Positions 25,277-37,918 of a DNA stretch of 64,000 bases are shown here, piece after piece. The position numbers and the translations under genes were made by a program. The notes beneath the pieces are model-generated. The model did no database searches. It was given only the letters and a program-made list of their open reading frames with translations, and was not told the origin of the DNA. The DNA is taken from positions 589,186,001-589,250,000 of the forward strand of contig NC_067399.1 in the NCBI RefSeq assembly GCF_016432865.1, in the 5' to 3' direction. Source of the stretch: Antechinus flavipes (taxonomy: Eukaryota). Numbering within the stretch: the first letter of the stretch is position 1; every line of letters starts with the position of its first letter.

Positions 25277-25574
25277 CTTCTTTTTCCTCCTTCTCCTTCT
25301 CCTCTCCCTTCTCCTCCTTCTCTTCCTTCTCTTTCTTCTCCTCCTCCTCCTCTTCCTCCTTCTGCTTTTCCTGCTTCTTCTGCTTTTGCTTCTGCTTCTG
25401 TTTCTGCTTCTGCTTCTCCTGCTTCTCTAACTTCTTGTTCTTGTTTGTGTTGTTCTTGTTCTGCTTCCATTTCTGCTTCTTGTTCTTCCACTCCTTCTTT
25501 TTCTTATTCTTCTTGTTCTTGTTTTTCTTGTTCTTGTTCTTCTGCTTCTCCTCCTCCTTTTGCTTTTTCTTCTT
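25277..25574. repeat. Compound period-3 pyrimidine-rich array (CTT/CTC, then TTCTGC, then TTCTTG), running into a 241-N gap
   Basis: Direct read; N run 25036-25276. Confidence 0.95.
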
Positions 25575-25970
25575 TGACAGAGGCTGCTAGAGGCTCAGGA
25601 CTATGTCAGTCAGAAATGTTATCTGGGAAGGATCTGTCATAGATATCTCCAAAGAGGTGCTGGAATCATTTTCTTGTGGGTCACTAGGGTCTAGGTTACA
25701 ATTGATCTCATGGCTTGGATACACAGGATAGGCATTCCCGGTTCCTGATTTTTAGCTCTAATCTTTAGTTTCCTCAAACTCTCTAAACCAAGGTGTATCC
25801 TATGGGCAAACTCAGCCCTTTGTTATCTGCACCTGAATAAATGAAAATTTATTGTCCAACACATGGAGTTTGGGGTTGATTAAGTTAGTTGTTTTGATGG
25901 GTTTAGTATGATGAACTTGTAGAATCATGAGTTACTTTGGTAGGGAGTTCATGATTAGCAACCTCTGACA
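25575..25970 (+). mobile_element. LTR-like or MITE-like insert (~396 bp) with imperfect terminal inverted repeats
   Basis: TGACAGAGGCTGCTAG (25575-25590) versus the reverse complement of 25955-25970, TGTCAGAGGTTGCTAA (13/16 match). AATAAA at 25836. No TSD is visible. Confidence 0.4.
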
Positions 25971-28524
25971 GAGAATTATACATGAATGCTAATACTTTGT
26001 TTCTTTTGTTGTTTGGACTGAATGTTTGCTTTCACCAGTGTAGGGTATGGAATATCTGTCCCGTGGGTCAAATAAGGCTGTTGAAATCATTTGCTACAGC
26101 AACTTCAGGCAATAATGAGTTGAAAGCTAGATACAACAACTTCCCATTGCTTAAGTTCTATAAATTGGTAATTTTGTATAGTAGGTGAATGATGTTATAA
26201 ATATCCAAATGGCCTTTGGCAGAAAAATGGTTTATCATCCCTGGTGAAGGGTGAAGGAATCTCCTGATTAGGAGATCTACTAATCTTTACTAAGGCAGAT
26301 TAGCACTATTTTTGTGATTTGTTATGTAGGGAGATGCCTGGAAGCACAAAGAGATCAGGTAACTTGTTTAGTCTAGGATCTCAAAATTAGCTTGTGCAAA
26401 GGAGAAGTTTGAACTCAGGTCTTCCTATCTCTGAGTCCAACTTTCTATCTATTATGCCTCCTCTGTTGCATTTCATGGCAGCTTGTTGAGAAGGCAAAAG
26501 ACTACTGATTAGATCTCAGTAATGGAGCTTCACCAAGATAATTGCTGTATAGCTTCCCTTTTTTGAAGATGAATTTCCGCAATAAAGGGATGCCCCCAGG
26601 ATGACATTATCAGTTAGGCATCTTGCTGGAGAAGCCATTCTTCTGTGCAGATGTATAAAAGAGTTTGGAAAAATTGCCTTTAATTTTTTAAAAATTGTCT
26701 TGTGCCTTTTTTTCTTTCTAGTCGGAAAGAATTGGAGATTTTGAGGGAATTTTTGCTCTCAGTTCTATATCTGTAAAAGGCTTCCTTTTGGCAGAAGTCA
26801 TGATTTTCATGTGCCAATCAAATGGCCTGAAAGGAGAATTGTTGTACAATATTCCTGAATCCCAATTTCCTGTATAAGGGGAAGGAGGTCTTTGATTTTA
26901 TAGGGCATATGGTCCCTCTCTTCCTTCTGTATCAGGGATTGGCCAATGACTGTCTAGTCTTCAAAGCAGGTAAACTGCCTGGCTGCTGGCAAGAGAAGTG
27001 GGGAAACCTATAGAGAATCTTGCCTCTGACATTTACTAATTGTCTGAACATGGGCAAATCACTCAACTCCTATGGGCCTTCCATCAGTTTCAAAATAAGA
27101 AAGTTGAAGCATATGGCCACTCATGTTCTATCCAACTCTAGATTTATGAGCCCATGAGAAGAAGGAGCTTATGAAGGGAAGAGAAAAGGAAAAGGGAATT
27201 CCCAAGAATAATAGGGAAAGAAGAAGGATTTTCAAGAGCAACTGGATAAAATATAGCACATATATATTATATTTATATAAATATATCTCCAACATAATTT
27301 ATAGAGTGGATATATTCTAGTCAGAGATTGCCTATAATGTTCCTTACCTCATCCATTGATGTTATAGTTATAACTAGCAATTTTTATCCTTAGGACAAGC
27401 AGCATGGAATGCATCCCAAAAGCAACTTTGTAATTCATAATGTAAAAATAATGCTAGAAATAATTACAAAGTAGTCGAGGTGTTACAGTCCCTTCTATGA
27501 TGCTAAAGGGTTAAATTTTTGTATCTTCTAAATTTCAACAACGTGGAGAAAATCCGTAGCCATGACTTTATTTACTCTTATATGCCTTTGAATAAGAACT
27601 CTAATCACTGATGACAAACATATGCCAACTATTTCATGTTAGAGGATATTTATCAATTGCTGCTGGATTATATTTATTTGTCTTACATTTTATTCCACTT
27701 CTAGTATTCAGTTGAATTTGAGTAATGGAGAAATTGAAACTAAAATACTAGGCCCCTGGACAGAGTTTTTCTCTTTCTCTAAACTCACTCTTCAGGCTTG
27801 CTTAAACCAACAGCCACAATATAACTTTTTTTTTTCTTGAGATGGCATTGGGTGGAAAGAGGAAGAAAGGAAAGGCCAAACTTTCTAAAGATTAGAACTA
27901 ACGGTACAACAGATTGCCTTGGAAAATAGTGATCTTCCTTTGGTGGAGTTATTTAAGCAGAAACTAGATATCCATCCATCAGAAATATAATAGAAAAAAT
28001 TCCTTACTGAGTAGAAAGTCCAAATATATGACCTCTATGAAGCCTTGCAATTTCTAGATTCAGTGATGAGATGATCCTTAGATGCAGAAAATTATGAGAT
28101 AGCAATATCCTAATATACCTTATCAAAAGACCTAATTTAATCTCCTCTTCATTTTTACAGATGAGGAAACTGAGATTTAGGGTGGTGTCTTGCTGAAAGG
28201 TACCCAATTAAATAGTGGCAGCATCTAGATCTTCTGACTCAAATCCTAAATCTTCTGTTTTCTATCACACTACTCTGCTTCTGTTATAAATTGCATGCAA
28301 CCATTCAAATGCTATGCATCTTAAGTGCCATCAATGTGGGTTGAGAAAGTTAGTAAAAACTTTTTGGAAGGAAGTGGGCCTTGAAGAAATGGAGGACTTG
28401 GCTTATAGGGAAGGAGGGGGAGGAGGTTTTCTGGAAGATAAAAATAAAATAAATAAAACTAGGCAGTTTTCAAACAAATGGATATGAAACAGGATCTGTT
28501 AGAATCTTGTGCTTTGCTAGAGGG

Positions 28525-29462
28525 CAGGTCATTCATATCATGATCCCATGGTTCTTAGTATGCCAGGCCCTTCTATTTCCATTATCTCTGGGACTGTACG
28601 AATTCATGTTCATTGTTTCCATGACACTATTCTATCTTATCTCTGCTGTCCCCTTTTCCTTTTGCCTTCAATCTTTCCCAATGTCAGGGTTTTTTTCTAA
28701 GGAGTCCCATCTTCTTATTCTATGGCCAAAGTATTTAAGCTTCAGCTTTTGTGTTTGATCTTCCACTGAATAGCCTGAATTATTTCCTTTAAGTATTGAC
28801 TGATTTGATCTCCTGTCCAAGGAAATCTCAAAAGAGTTCTCCAGACCTACAATTCAAAAGTATCAATTCTGCGGCACTCGGCTTTTCTTAAAGTTCAACT
28901 CTCATAATCGCGTATTGCTACATTATAGCTTTGTTACATTGCTACATAGTTTTAACTCTATAGACCTTTGTCAGTAAGGTGATGTCTGTTTTTTAGTATT
29001 TTGATTTGCCATAGTTTTCCTTGTAAGGAGTGTTTTTTCATTTCATGGATGCAGTCACTGTCTTTGAGTTCAAGAATAGAAAATTTGACATGATGGGACC
29101 AGTTGCCAATATCTTAGTTTTCTTTTTTAATATTAAACTTCAACCCAACTTTTATATTTTCCTCTTTTATCCTCAATCAAGAGGCTTCTTAGTTCCTCTT
29201 CACTTTCTATCATCAGAGTGGTATCATTTAGCTATCTGAGATTATTGATATTTCTTCTGGCAACCTTGTTTCCTGCTTTTGATTCATCCAGATTGACATT
29301 TCACCAGGATGTATTGTTGCATATGAATTAGATAAATAAGATGAAAGCATATAGTTTTGTCATACTTCCCTTCTTCCTTCTCCAAACTAAAACCAATCAA
29401 TAGTTTTAACTGCATACAGGTTGCTCAGGAGACAAATAAGATGATTTGGTACTCCTATCTTC
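28525..29462 (-). mobile_element. BovB-like RTE retrotransposon 3' fragment
   Basis: Collinear with the BovB 3' region as I recall it (ccttcaatctttcccaatgtcaggg, tggccaaagtatt, ttcaaaagtatcaattctgcggcactc). The RT motif NINNLRYADDTTL has decayed to NINNLR*LNDTTL at ~29215-29255. Confidence 0.85.
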
Positions 29463-29923
29463 TTTTTGTGTGTGACTCCATTTATTAGAATATAAGCTCT
29501 TTGAGGGCATGAATAGTATTTCTTTTTTCTTGTATTTGTATCCCCAGTACTTCAGCAGAGTGTCCAGTATATAGTAAACACTTAATAAATGTTTGTTGCT
29601 ACCATTCTATGCTCTTTCTAATTATCCTCTTTCTAATCTATTCTCTGACACCATTTGATTTCCTTTCTAATTATCTCCTTTTTATTTATTCTCCATGTAA
29701 CTCAATGAATGATGTTCTTAAATCACAGATCTAACAATGTCACTCTCCTGCTCAAAAAACTCCAGTCAGCCCCTATTACCTTTAGAATCAAATAAGAGCT
29801 TTTTTTTTTTTGGCATTTAAAGTCTTTCACAATTTGGTTCCAGCCTCTTCCCAGGCTAATTATATGTTACTCTCTCTATTTCTATTTGAACTGGCCTATT
29901 TGCAGATTTTCATACATGACATG

Positions 29924-30190
29924 GAAGCAAGGTAGTCCCATGGTGCAGAGTTCTGCATCTGGAGTCAGGAAGACCCATTTTCTTGAGTTCCAATCTAACC
30001 TCAGACATTTACTAGTGGGACTGTGGGCAAGTCACTTAAATACATTTGCCTCAGTTTCCTCCTCTGTAAAATGAGCTGGAGAAGGAAATAGAAAACCACT
30101 TGCAGTTTCTTTACTAAAAAAAAAAAAAAAAACAAACAAACCCAACCCCTCCAAATGGGGTCATGAAAAGGTAGAGATGAATGAATGATT
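29924..30190 (+). mobile_element. MAR1-type SINE (CORE plus BovB-derived tail)
   Basis: tRNA-like head, CORE gcctcagtttcctcctctgtaaaatgag, tail ctggagaaggaaatagaaaaccact...ccaaatggggtcatgaa. Confidence 0.75.
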
Positions 30191-30194
30191 ATGT

Positions 30195-33162
30195 CAATAA
30201 AAAACTAAAAAAAAACATATGATTAATAGATTCAGAAAAAGCTTTTGATAAAGTTCAACACTCATTTCTATTAAAAAAAACCCCAAACCTTGAAAGTATA
30301 GGTGTAAATGGATTTTTCCTTAAATTGATAAAAAACATTTATATAGACCCATCAGCAAACATTATTTGTAATGGGTATAAGCTAGAAACCTTCTCAGTAA
30401 GAGCAAGTATAAAACAAGGATGCCCAAGATATTATTATTATTTTTTGCTGTCTATAATTATTTTGAGTGGGGTGTCTTTTACTCTCCTCTTGCACAGTTT
30501 ATCTTTTACCCTACTACTTTGTTAAAATCAATGTATAACTTTTTAGTTTAGTCTTTGCAATTTCCAAGTTTTTCATCATGTCATCCCCAAAAAGAAATTG
30601 TTTTATTATCTTCTATCATTCCCTATTCTGATTTCTTCGATTTCTTTTTCTTTTATTTTTATCAATAGCATTTAGACAATTCTAGACAGTATAAAATACC
30701 TTGAAGTGTTCCTACCAAAAACCCTGAAATAATATGAACAATATTATAAAGAAATTTTTATACCAAAACCAGATTTAAATTATTAAATATTTAAATTTAA
30801 ATAATTAATATTAAATATTAATTGTCCATGAGTAGGCAAGACCAATATAATAAAAATAACAATTTTACCTAAACTAACATAAACATATATTCAATGCCAT
30901 ACTGATTAAATTACCAAAAGTTATTTTATTAAAAAAATAATAAGAAAATTCATTTTGTTATGGCTTTTAGATAATCCAACTATTCTGATATTGGATATAT
31001 TTTCCTGGTCATTTTTCTCATAAGACATTTTATATTTTCCCCCCATTTTTCAGTCTTTTGAATTGTTTGACTGATTATTGTTGGATATCTCATAGGGTCA
31101 TTAACTTCTGTTTGCCCAATACTAGCTTTTAAGATGTTTACCTTGCTTAGTTTTTGTACTTTTCTTTTGGCCAATTGTACTTTTTAAGAAGTTGTTTTCT
31201 TCAGTGAATTTTTGTATCTCCTTTTTTTCACCCAAGTAGTTGACTCTTTTTAAAATGATTCTCTTGTATCACTCTCATTTCTTTCCCCAATATTTCTTCC
31301 ACCTCTCACGTGTTTTTAAGCTCTTTTTTGAACTTTTCCATAAGTTCTTTCTGGGCTTGAGATGACTTCCCATTTATCTTTGAGGTTTTGCCCATTGATG
31401 TTTTGACATTATAGTTCTCATCTGAGTTTTTGTCTTGGTCTTCCCTAGCACCATAATAACTTTCTATGATCAGATGCTATTTTTTCTTGATTCCTGTTCT
31501 TCTCTCCCCACCTCCAATCTCTCTTTCTCTATATGTCTTTCTGTCCCCTTTCACCATTTTTTTAAAAAACTGAGCTCTGCTCCCTGAGAGAAAAATATAC
31601 TGTCTCAAGCCATTTGTGTCTATGACTACAGGCGCTAGATGTTTACCAGGTACTACACTGATGTTGCTGTGAGGGGGCCTTGTGCCATGGGGGACCCTTG
31701 TGTCTGGTACTGGCTGAGGGGGTGAGGTGATGTCTGATTGCCACTGCTGGAGGCTGTAAGGGTCTGGCAGCTTATCTGGTATTGAGCTGGGATTCCAATA
31801 GGGGTGTCTGAAATTGATGAGGCCAAGTGGGGTGTTTCTGTATTTTCTGGGTGCTACATTAGTTACTGGAAGATGCCTAATTGCCTGAGACTGCTGGTTT
31901 GGCTGGAGGTTGCATGAATTTCACATGGGAGAGTTATAGTGATTTACCGCTTACTTAGCTATTTGACTCCTGGAAGTTGAACTGTAACAAAATTTACTTG
32001 GAAGATCAAAAAAGTTAAGAATATTAAAGGAAATGAAAAAAAATCATGGAAAGGAGAGGGTTTAACAGCATAAGATCTTAAACTATATCACAAAGCAGTA
32101 AATATCAAAATTATCTGGTACTAAAAATTATCTGGTCTTACTGTTCAATGGAACAGCATAGGAACAGCATAGATATACTATTTATAGCAGCAAACAAATA
32201 TAGTAACCTTGTATTTGACAAATGTAGAAACAAGATTATTTGGGAAATCTGAAAACTGTTGGGAAAACTGAAAGCAAAATGATATAAATTGGGCAGAGAC
32301 CAATATCTTTCATCATTTGCCAAGAAAAGGTCAAAATGAATACATGACCTAGATATAGAGATAGTACAAGAAAATTTGAAGAACATAGGGCATATATTTA
32401 TTAGATATGTGGAAAGCAAATAATTTAAGAATAAATAAAAAGGTATAAAGTAGTGTGGTATAAAATGGACAATTTTGGTTACATTAAATTAAAAAGTTTT
32501 TGTACAAATAAAAAATATGTAGCCAAGATCAGAATATTGGGGGGAAAGTTTTTATAGACAATTTATCAGATAAAGGTTTTACAGCTCACATATGTAAAGA
32601 ACTTTATAAAATTTATAAGAATATGAATCATTACCCAATTGATAAATAGTCAAAGAATATGAGCAGACAGTTTTCCAGTGGAAAAACAAAACAAAACAAC
32701 TTTTAATCACATGAAAAAAATGCTCTAAATTATTATTGATTAAAGAAATGCAAAATAAACAACCTTGAGATATCAATTTACACCTATCAGATTGGCTAAA
32801 ATGAACAAAGGAGAAAGTAACAAATGTTGGAGTGAATGTGGAAAGTTGGGACACTAATTCATTGTTGGTGAGATTGTGAACTTATGCAAATATTTTGGAT
32901 AATAATTTAGAGTTATGCCCAAAGAAATATTTAACTGACTATACCCTTTGACCCAGAAATACCACTATTAGGTCTATTTCCAAAGATGATTAGGGAAAAA
33001 GAAAAAGCATATATATGTTCTTAAATATTTATAGCACCTCTCTATGATGGCAAAGAACTGAAAGTTGCAGGGATGCCTGAATAACTGAATGGCTGAAATT
33101 GTGATTATATAATTGTGGTTCAATGCTATTCTGCTATAAGAAATTATAAGCTCAATAATCTT
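30195..33162 (+). mobile_element. Old L1 ORF2 remnant (host element, left part). Contains an inverted internal block (~30440-30657) and a minus-strand L1 ORF1/5'UTR insert (~30958-31982).
   Basis: Degenerate ORF2 motifs on +: EKAFDKVQH, KQGCP, DSIKYL, KLYHKA, ENCWEN, ITQLIN, YPLTQ. The block carrying KEI..FADDM-like sequence reads on -. Confidence 0.75.
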
Positions 33163-33573
33163 TTTTTTTTTTTTTTTTTTTTATAATAAATTTTATTTTT
33201 ATTTAATAATAACTTCGCATTGACAGAATCCATGCCAGGATAATTTCTACACGACATTATCCCTTGCAATCACTTATGTTTCGTTTTTTCCCCCTCCCTC
33301 CCTCCTCCCGCCCCCAGGATGGCAAGCAGTCCTATATATGCTAAACATGTTGCAGTATATCCTAGATACAATACATATTTGCAGAACCAAACAGTTCTCT
33401 TGTTGCACAGGGAGAATTGGATTCAGAAGGTAAAAATAACTCGGGAAGAAAATCAAAAATGCAAATAGTTCACATTCATTTCCCAGTATTCCTTCTTTGG
33501 GTGTAGCTGTTTCTGTCCATCATTTCTCCAATGAAACTCAGTTAAGTCTCTTTGTCAGAGAAATCCACCTCCA

Positions 33574-36500
33574 TCAGAATACATCCTCATACAATATCGT
33601 TGTCGAAGTGTATAATGATCTCCTGGTTCTGCTCATCTCACTCAGCACCAGTCCATGTAGGTCTCTCCAAGCCTCTCTGTATTCATCCTGCTGGTCATTC
33701 CTTACAGAGCAATAATATTCCATAACATTCATATACCACAATTTACCCAGCCATTCTCCAATTGATGGGCATCCATTCATTTTCCAGTTTCTAGCCACTA
33801 CAAACAGGGCTGCCACAAACATCTTGGCACATACAGGTCCCCTTCCCTTTTTTAGTATCTCTTTGGGGTATAAGCCCAATAGAAACACTGTTGGATCAAA
33901 GGGTATGCACAGTTTGATAACTTTTTGGGCATAATTCCAGATCGCTCTCCAGAATGGCTGGATTCGTTCACAACTCCACCAACAATGCATCAATGTCCCC
34001 GTTTTCCCGCATCCCCTCCAACATTCATCATTGTTTTTTCCTGTCATCTTAGCCAATCTGACAGGAGTGTAGTGATATCTCAGAGTTGTCTTAGTTTGCA
34101 TTTCTCTGATCAATAGTGATTTGGAACACTCTTTCATGTGAGTGGTAATAGTTTCAATTTCTTCATCTGAAAATTGTCTGTTCATATCCTTTGACCATTT
34201 ATCAATTGGAGAATGGCTTGATTTTTTATAAATTTGAGTCAGTTCTCTATATATTTTGGAAATGAGGCCTTTATCAGAACCTTTAATTGTAAAGATGTTT
34301 TCCCAGTTAGTTACTTCCCTACTAATCTTGTTTGCATTCGTTCTGTTTGTACAAAGGCTTTTTAATTTGATATAATCAAAATTTTCTATTTTGTGATTGG
34401 TAATGGTCTCTAGTTCATCTTTGGTCACAAATTTCTTTCTCCTCCACAAGTCTGAGAGATAAACTATCCTATGTTCCTCTAATTTATTTATAATCTCGTT
34501 CTTTATGCCTAGGTCATGGACCCATTTTGATCTTATCTTGGTATGTGGTGTTAAGTGTGGGTCCTTGCCTAATTTCTGCCATACTAATTTCCAGTTATCC
34601 CAGCAGTTTTTATCAAATAATGAAATCTTATCCCAAAATTTAGAATCTTTGGGTTTGTCAAACACTAGATTGCTATAGTTGACTATTCTGTCTTGTGAAC
34701 CTAACCTTTTCCACTGATCAACTAATCTATTTCTAAGCCAATACCATATGGTTTTGGTGACTGCTGCTTTATAATATAATTTTAGATCAGGTACAGCTAG
34801 ACCACCTTCATTTGATTTTTTTTTCATTAATTCCCTTGAGATTCTCGACTTTTTATTGTTCCATATGAATTTTGTTGTTATTTTTTCTAAATCATTAAAA
34901 TATTTTCTTGGAAGTCTGATTGGTATAGCACTAAATAAATAGATTAGTTTAGGGAGTATTGTCATCTTTATTATATTTGCTCGGCCTATCCAAGAGCACT
35001 TAATATTTTTCCAATTATTTAAGTCTGACTTAATTTGTGTGAAAACTTTTTTGTAATTTTGCTCATATAATTCCTGACTTTCCTTTGGTAGGTAGATTCC
35101 CAAATATTTTATGCTATCAACAGTTATTTTGAATGGAATTTCTCTTTGTATCTCTTGCTCTTGGATTTTGTTGGTGGTGTATAAGAATGCTGAGGATTTA
35201 TGGGGATTTATTTTGTATCCTGCTACTTTGCTAAAATTATGAATTATTTCTAATAGCTTTTTAGTAGAATCTCTGGGGTTTTCTAGGTATACCATCATAT
35301 CATCTGCAAAGAGTGATAGTTTGGTTTCCTCATTGCCTACTCTAATTCCTTTAATCTCTTTCTCGACTCTTATTGCAGAGGCCAGTGTTTCTAATACAAT
35401 ATTGAATAATAATGGTGATAGTGGGCAACCTTGCTTCACTCCAGATCTTACCGGGAAAGGTTCCAGTTTTTCCCCATTGCATATGATGCTTACTGAAGGT
35501 TTAAAATATATGCTCCTAACTATTTTAAGGAAAAGTCCTTTTATTCCTATGCTCTCAAGTGTTTTTATTAGGAATGGCTGTTGGATTTTATCAAATGCTT
35601 TTTCTGCATCTATTGAAATGATCATATGGTTTTTGTTTGGTTGGTTGTTGATATAGTCAATTATGTTAATAGTTTTCCTAATATTGAACCAGCCCTGCAT
35701 TCCTGGTATAAATCCTACTTGGTCATAGTGTATTATCCTGGGGATGATTTTCTGTAATCTTTTTGCTAATATTTTATTTAAGATTTTAGCATCAATATTC
35801 ATTAGGGAGATTGGTCTATAATTTTCTTTCTCTGTTTTCAGCCTACCTGGTTTAGGTATCAGTACCATATCTGTGTCATAAAAGGAGTTTGGTAGGACTC
35901 CTTCAATCCCTACTTCTTCAAATAGTTTATTTAGCATTGGAGTTAATTGATCTTTAAATGTTTGATAGAATTCAGATGTAAATCCATCTGGTCCTGGGGT
36001 TTTTTTCTTAGGGAGTTGATTGATAGTTTGTTCTATTTCTTTTTCTGAGATAGGAGTGTTTAGGATATTTACTTCTTCCTCTGTTAGTTTAGGTAAGCTA
36101 TATTTTTGGAGGTATTCTTCTATTTCATTTAAGTTGTCGAATTTATTGGCGTAAAGTTGGGCAAAGTAACTCCTAATTATTGCTCTAATTTCCTCTTCGT
36201 TAGTGGTGAGTTCTCCCTTTTCATTTTTAAGACTAACAATTTGATTTTCCTCTTTCCTTTTTTTAATCAGATTTACTAAGGGTTTGTCTATTTTGTTGGT
36301 TTTTTCATAGAACCAACTCTTAGTTTTATTAATCAATTCAATAGTTTTTTTACTTTCAATTTTATTGATCTCTCCTTTTATTTTTTGAATTTCAAGTTTA
36401 GTGTTTGATTGGGGGTTTTTAATTTGTTCCTTTTCTAGCATTTTTAGTTGCAAGCCCAATTCATTGACCTTCTCTTTCTCTATTTTATACAAATAGGCCT

Positions 36501-37404
36501 CTAGAGATATGAGATTTCCCCTTATTACCGCTTTGGCTGCATCCCATACATTTTGGTATGATGTCTCATTATTATCATTTTCTTGGATGAAGTTATTAAT
36601 TATGTCTATAATTTGCTGTTTCACCCAATCATTCTTTAGTATGAGATTATTTAGTTTCCAATTATTTTTTGGTCTACTTTCCTGTGGCTTTTTATTGAAT
36701 GTAATTTTCAATGCATCATGGTCTGAAAAGGATGCATTCACTATTTCTGCCTTACTGCATTTGAGTTTGAGGTTTTTATGTCCTAATATATGATCAATTT
36801 TTGTATAAGTTCCATGAACTGCTGAAAAGAAGGTGTACTCCTTTCTGTCCCCATTACATTTTCTCCAGAGATCTATCATATCTAATTTTTCTAGTATTCT
36901 ATTTATCTCTTTGACTTCTTTCTTATTTATTTTGTGGTTTGATTTATCTAATTCTGAGAGTGCAAGGTTGAGATCTCCCACTATTATAGTTTTACTGTCT
37001 ATTTCTTCTTGCAGCTCTCTTAATTTCTCTTTTAGGAATTTAGATGCTACACTACTTGGTGCATATATATTTAATATAGATACTTCTTCATTATTCATTC
37101 TACCCTTTAGCAAGATATAGTGCCCTTCCTTATCTCTTTTGATTAGATCAATTTTTGCTTTAGCTTGATCTGAGATCAGGATGGCTACCCCTGCTTTTTT
37201 GGCTTCACCTGAAGCATAGTAGATTTTGCTCCAACCTTTTACCTTTAACCTGCATGTATCACCCCGCTTCAGGTGTGTTTCCTGTATACAACATATTGTA
37301 GGATTCTGGCTTTTAATCCATTCTGCTAACCGCTTCCTCTTTATAGAGGAGTTTACCCCGTTCACATTTATGGTTAAAATGACCAATTCTGTATTACTTG
37401 CCAT
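33574..37404 (-). CDS. L1 ORF2p (APE endonuclease, reverse transcriptase, CCHC domain), 1276 aa, uninterrupted
   Basis: ATG at 37404. EN motifs TINVNG, QETH, GDLN, IDH, SDH; RT motifs [23 protein letters not shown]; C-terminal [18 protein letters not shown]. Confidence 0.97.
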   Translation of the reverse strand: MASNTELVILTINVNGVNSSIKRKRLAEWIKSQNPTICCIQETHLKRGDTCRLKVKGWSKIYYASGEAKKAGVAILISDQAKAKIDLIKRDKEGHYILLKGRMNNEEVSILNIYAPSSVASKFLKEKLRELQEEIDSKTIIVGDLNLALSELDKSNHKINKKEVKEINRILEKLDMIDLWRKCNGDRKEYTFFSAVHGTYTKIDHILGHKNLKLKCSKAEIVNASFSDHDALKITFNKKPQESRPKNNWKLNNLILKNDWVKQQIIDIINNFIQENDNNETSYQNVWDAAKAVIRGNLISLEAYLYKIEKEKVNELGLQLKMLEKEQIKNPQSNTKLEIQKIKGEINKIESKKTIELINKTKSWFYEKTNKIDKPLVNLIKKRKEENQIVSLKNEKGELTTNEEEIRAIIRSYFAQLYANKFDNLNEIEEYLQKYSLPKLTEEEVNILNTPISEKEIEQTINQLPKKKTPGPDGFTSEFYQTFKDQLTPMLNKLFEEVGIEGVLPNSFYDTDMVLIPKPGRLKTEKENYRPISLMNIDAKILNKILAKRLQKIIPRIIHYDQVGFIPGMQGWFNIRKTINIIDYINNQPNKNHMIISIDAEKAFDKIQQPFLIKTLESIGIKGLFLKIVRSIYFKPSVSIICNGEKLEPFPVRSGVKQGCPLSPLLFNIVLETLASAIRVEKEIKGIRVGNEETKLSLFADDMMVYLENPRDSTKKLLEIIHNFSKVAGYKINPHKSSAFLYTTNKIQEQEIQREIPFKITVDSIKYLGIYLPKESQELYEQNYKKVFTQIKSDLNNWKNIKCSWIGRANIIKMTILPKLIYLFSAIPIRLPRKYFNDLEKITTKFIWNNKKSRISRELMKKKSNEGGLAVPDLKLYYKAAVTKTIWYWLRNRLVDQWKRLGSQDRIVNYSNLVFDKPKDSKFWDKISLFDKNCWDNWKLVWQKLGKDPHLTPHTKIRSKWVHDLGIKNEIINKLEEHRIVYLSDLWRRKKFVTKDELETITNHKIENFDYIKLKSLCTNRTNANKISREVTNWENIFTIKGSDKGLISKIYRELTQIYKKSSHSPIDKWSKDMNRQFSDEEIETITTHMKECSKSLLIREMQTKTTLRYHYTPVRLAKMTGKNNDECWRGCGKTGTLMHCWWSCERIQPFWRAIWNYAQKVIKLCIPFDPTVFLLGLYPKEILKKGRGPVCAKMFVAALFVVARNWKMNGCPSIGEWLGKLWYMNVMEYYCSVRNDQQDEYREAWRDLHGLVLSEMSRTRRSLYTSTTILYEDVF

Positions 37405-37918
37405 CTTGTTAACCCCGGTTTATGCTTTTCTCCCTTCTTACTCCCTTACCCCCTCCCTTACCCCCCTTCCCAGTATTAAGCTTGTGAGCTCCCCTTGCTT
37501 CTCACAGCCCTCCCTTTTTCAGTATCCCTCCCCCCCCTTAGGGTTCCCCCCCCCCAACTTACCCTTTCCCTCCCAGTTACCGTATTCCCTTCCACTTAGC
37601 TTATTCCTTCCTTTTTCACTTTTCCCTTCTCACTTTTCAATGAGGTGGGAGAAGTTTCACCATAGATTGAATATGTCTAAAATTCTTCTCTTACTGCCAA
37701 TTCTGAAAGCAGTAAAATACTCACTATTTTCATTCCTCTCCATTCTTTCTCTCAGATTTACTAGGTTTTCTTTGCCTCTTCATGAAATGTAGTACCCCCA
37801 CTTTCCTTTTTTCTAGTACAATGTCCTTTCCACAACTAGTTTCTAGAACAAGGTATACATGTATTCTTTATACATCTTTACAGCCGAAATATAGTTCCCA
37901 AGATTAATCTTTACCTTT

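Noticed and set aside
24984-25642. Long L/F-, S/C- and E/A-rich ORFs
   Set aside because: Produced by the N gap and the period-3 repeat; no splice or start support.
27425-27472. 11-bp inverted repeat (ACTTTGTAATT / AATTACAAAGT) as a possible miRNA hairpin
   Set aside because: The stem is too short and AT-rich, with a 26-nt loop.
37226-37792. 188-aa + strand ORF antisense to the L1 spacer
   Set aside because: Pyrimidine-rich low-complexity sequence lacks stops by composition; no homology recognised.
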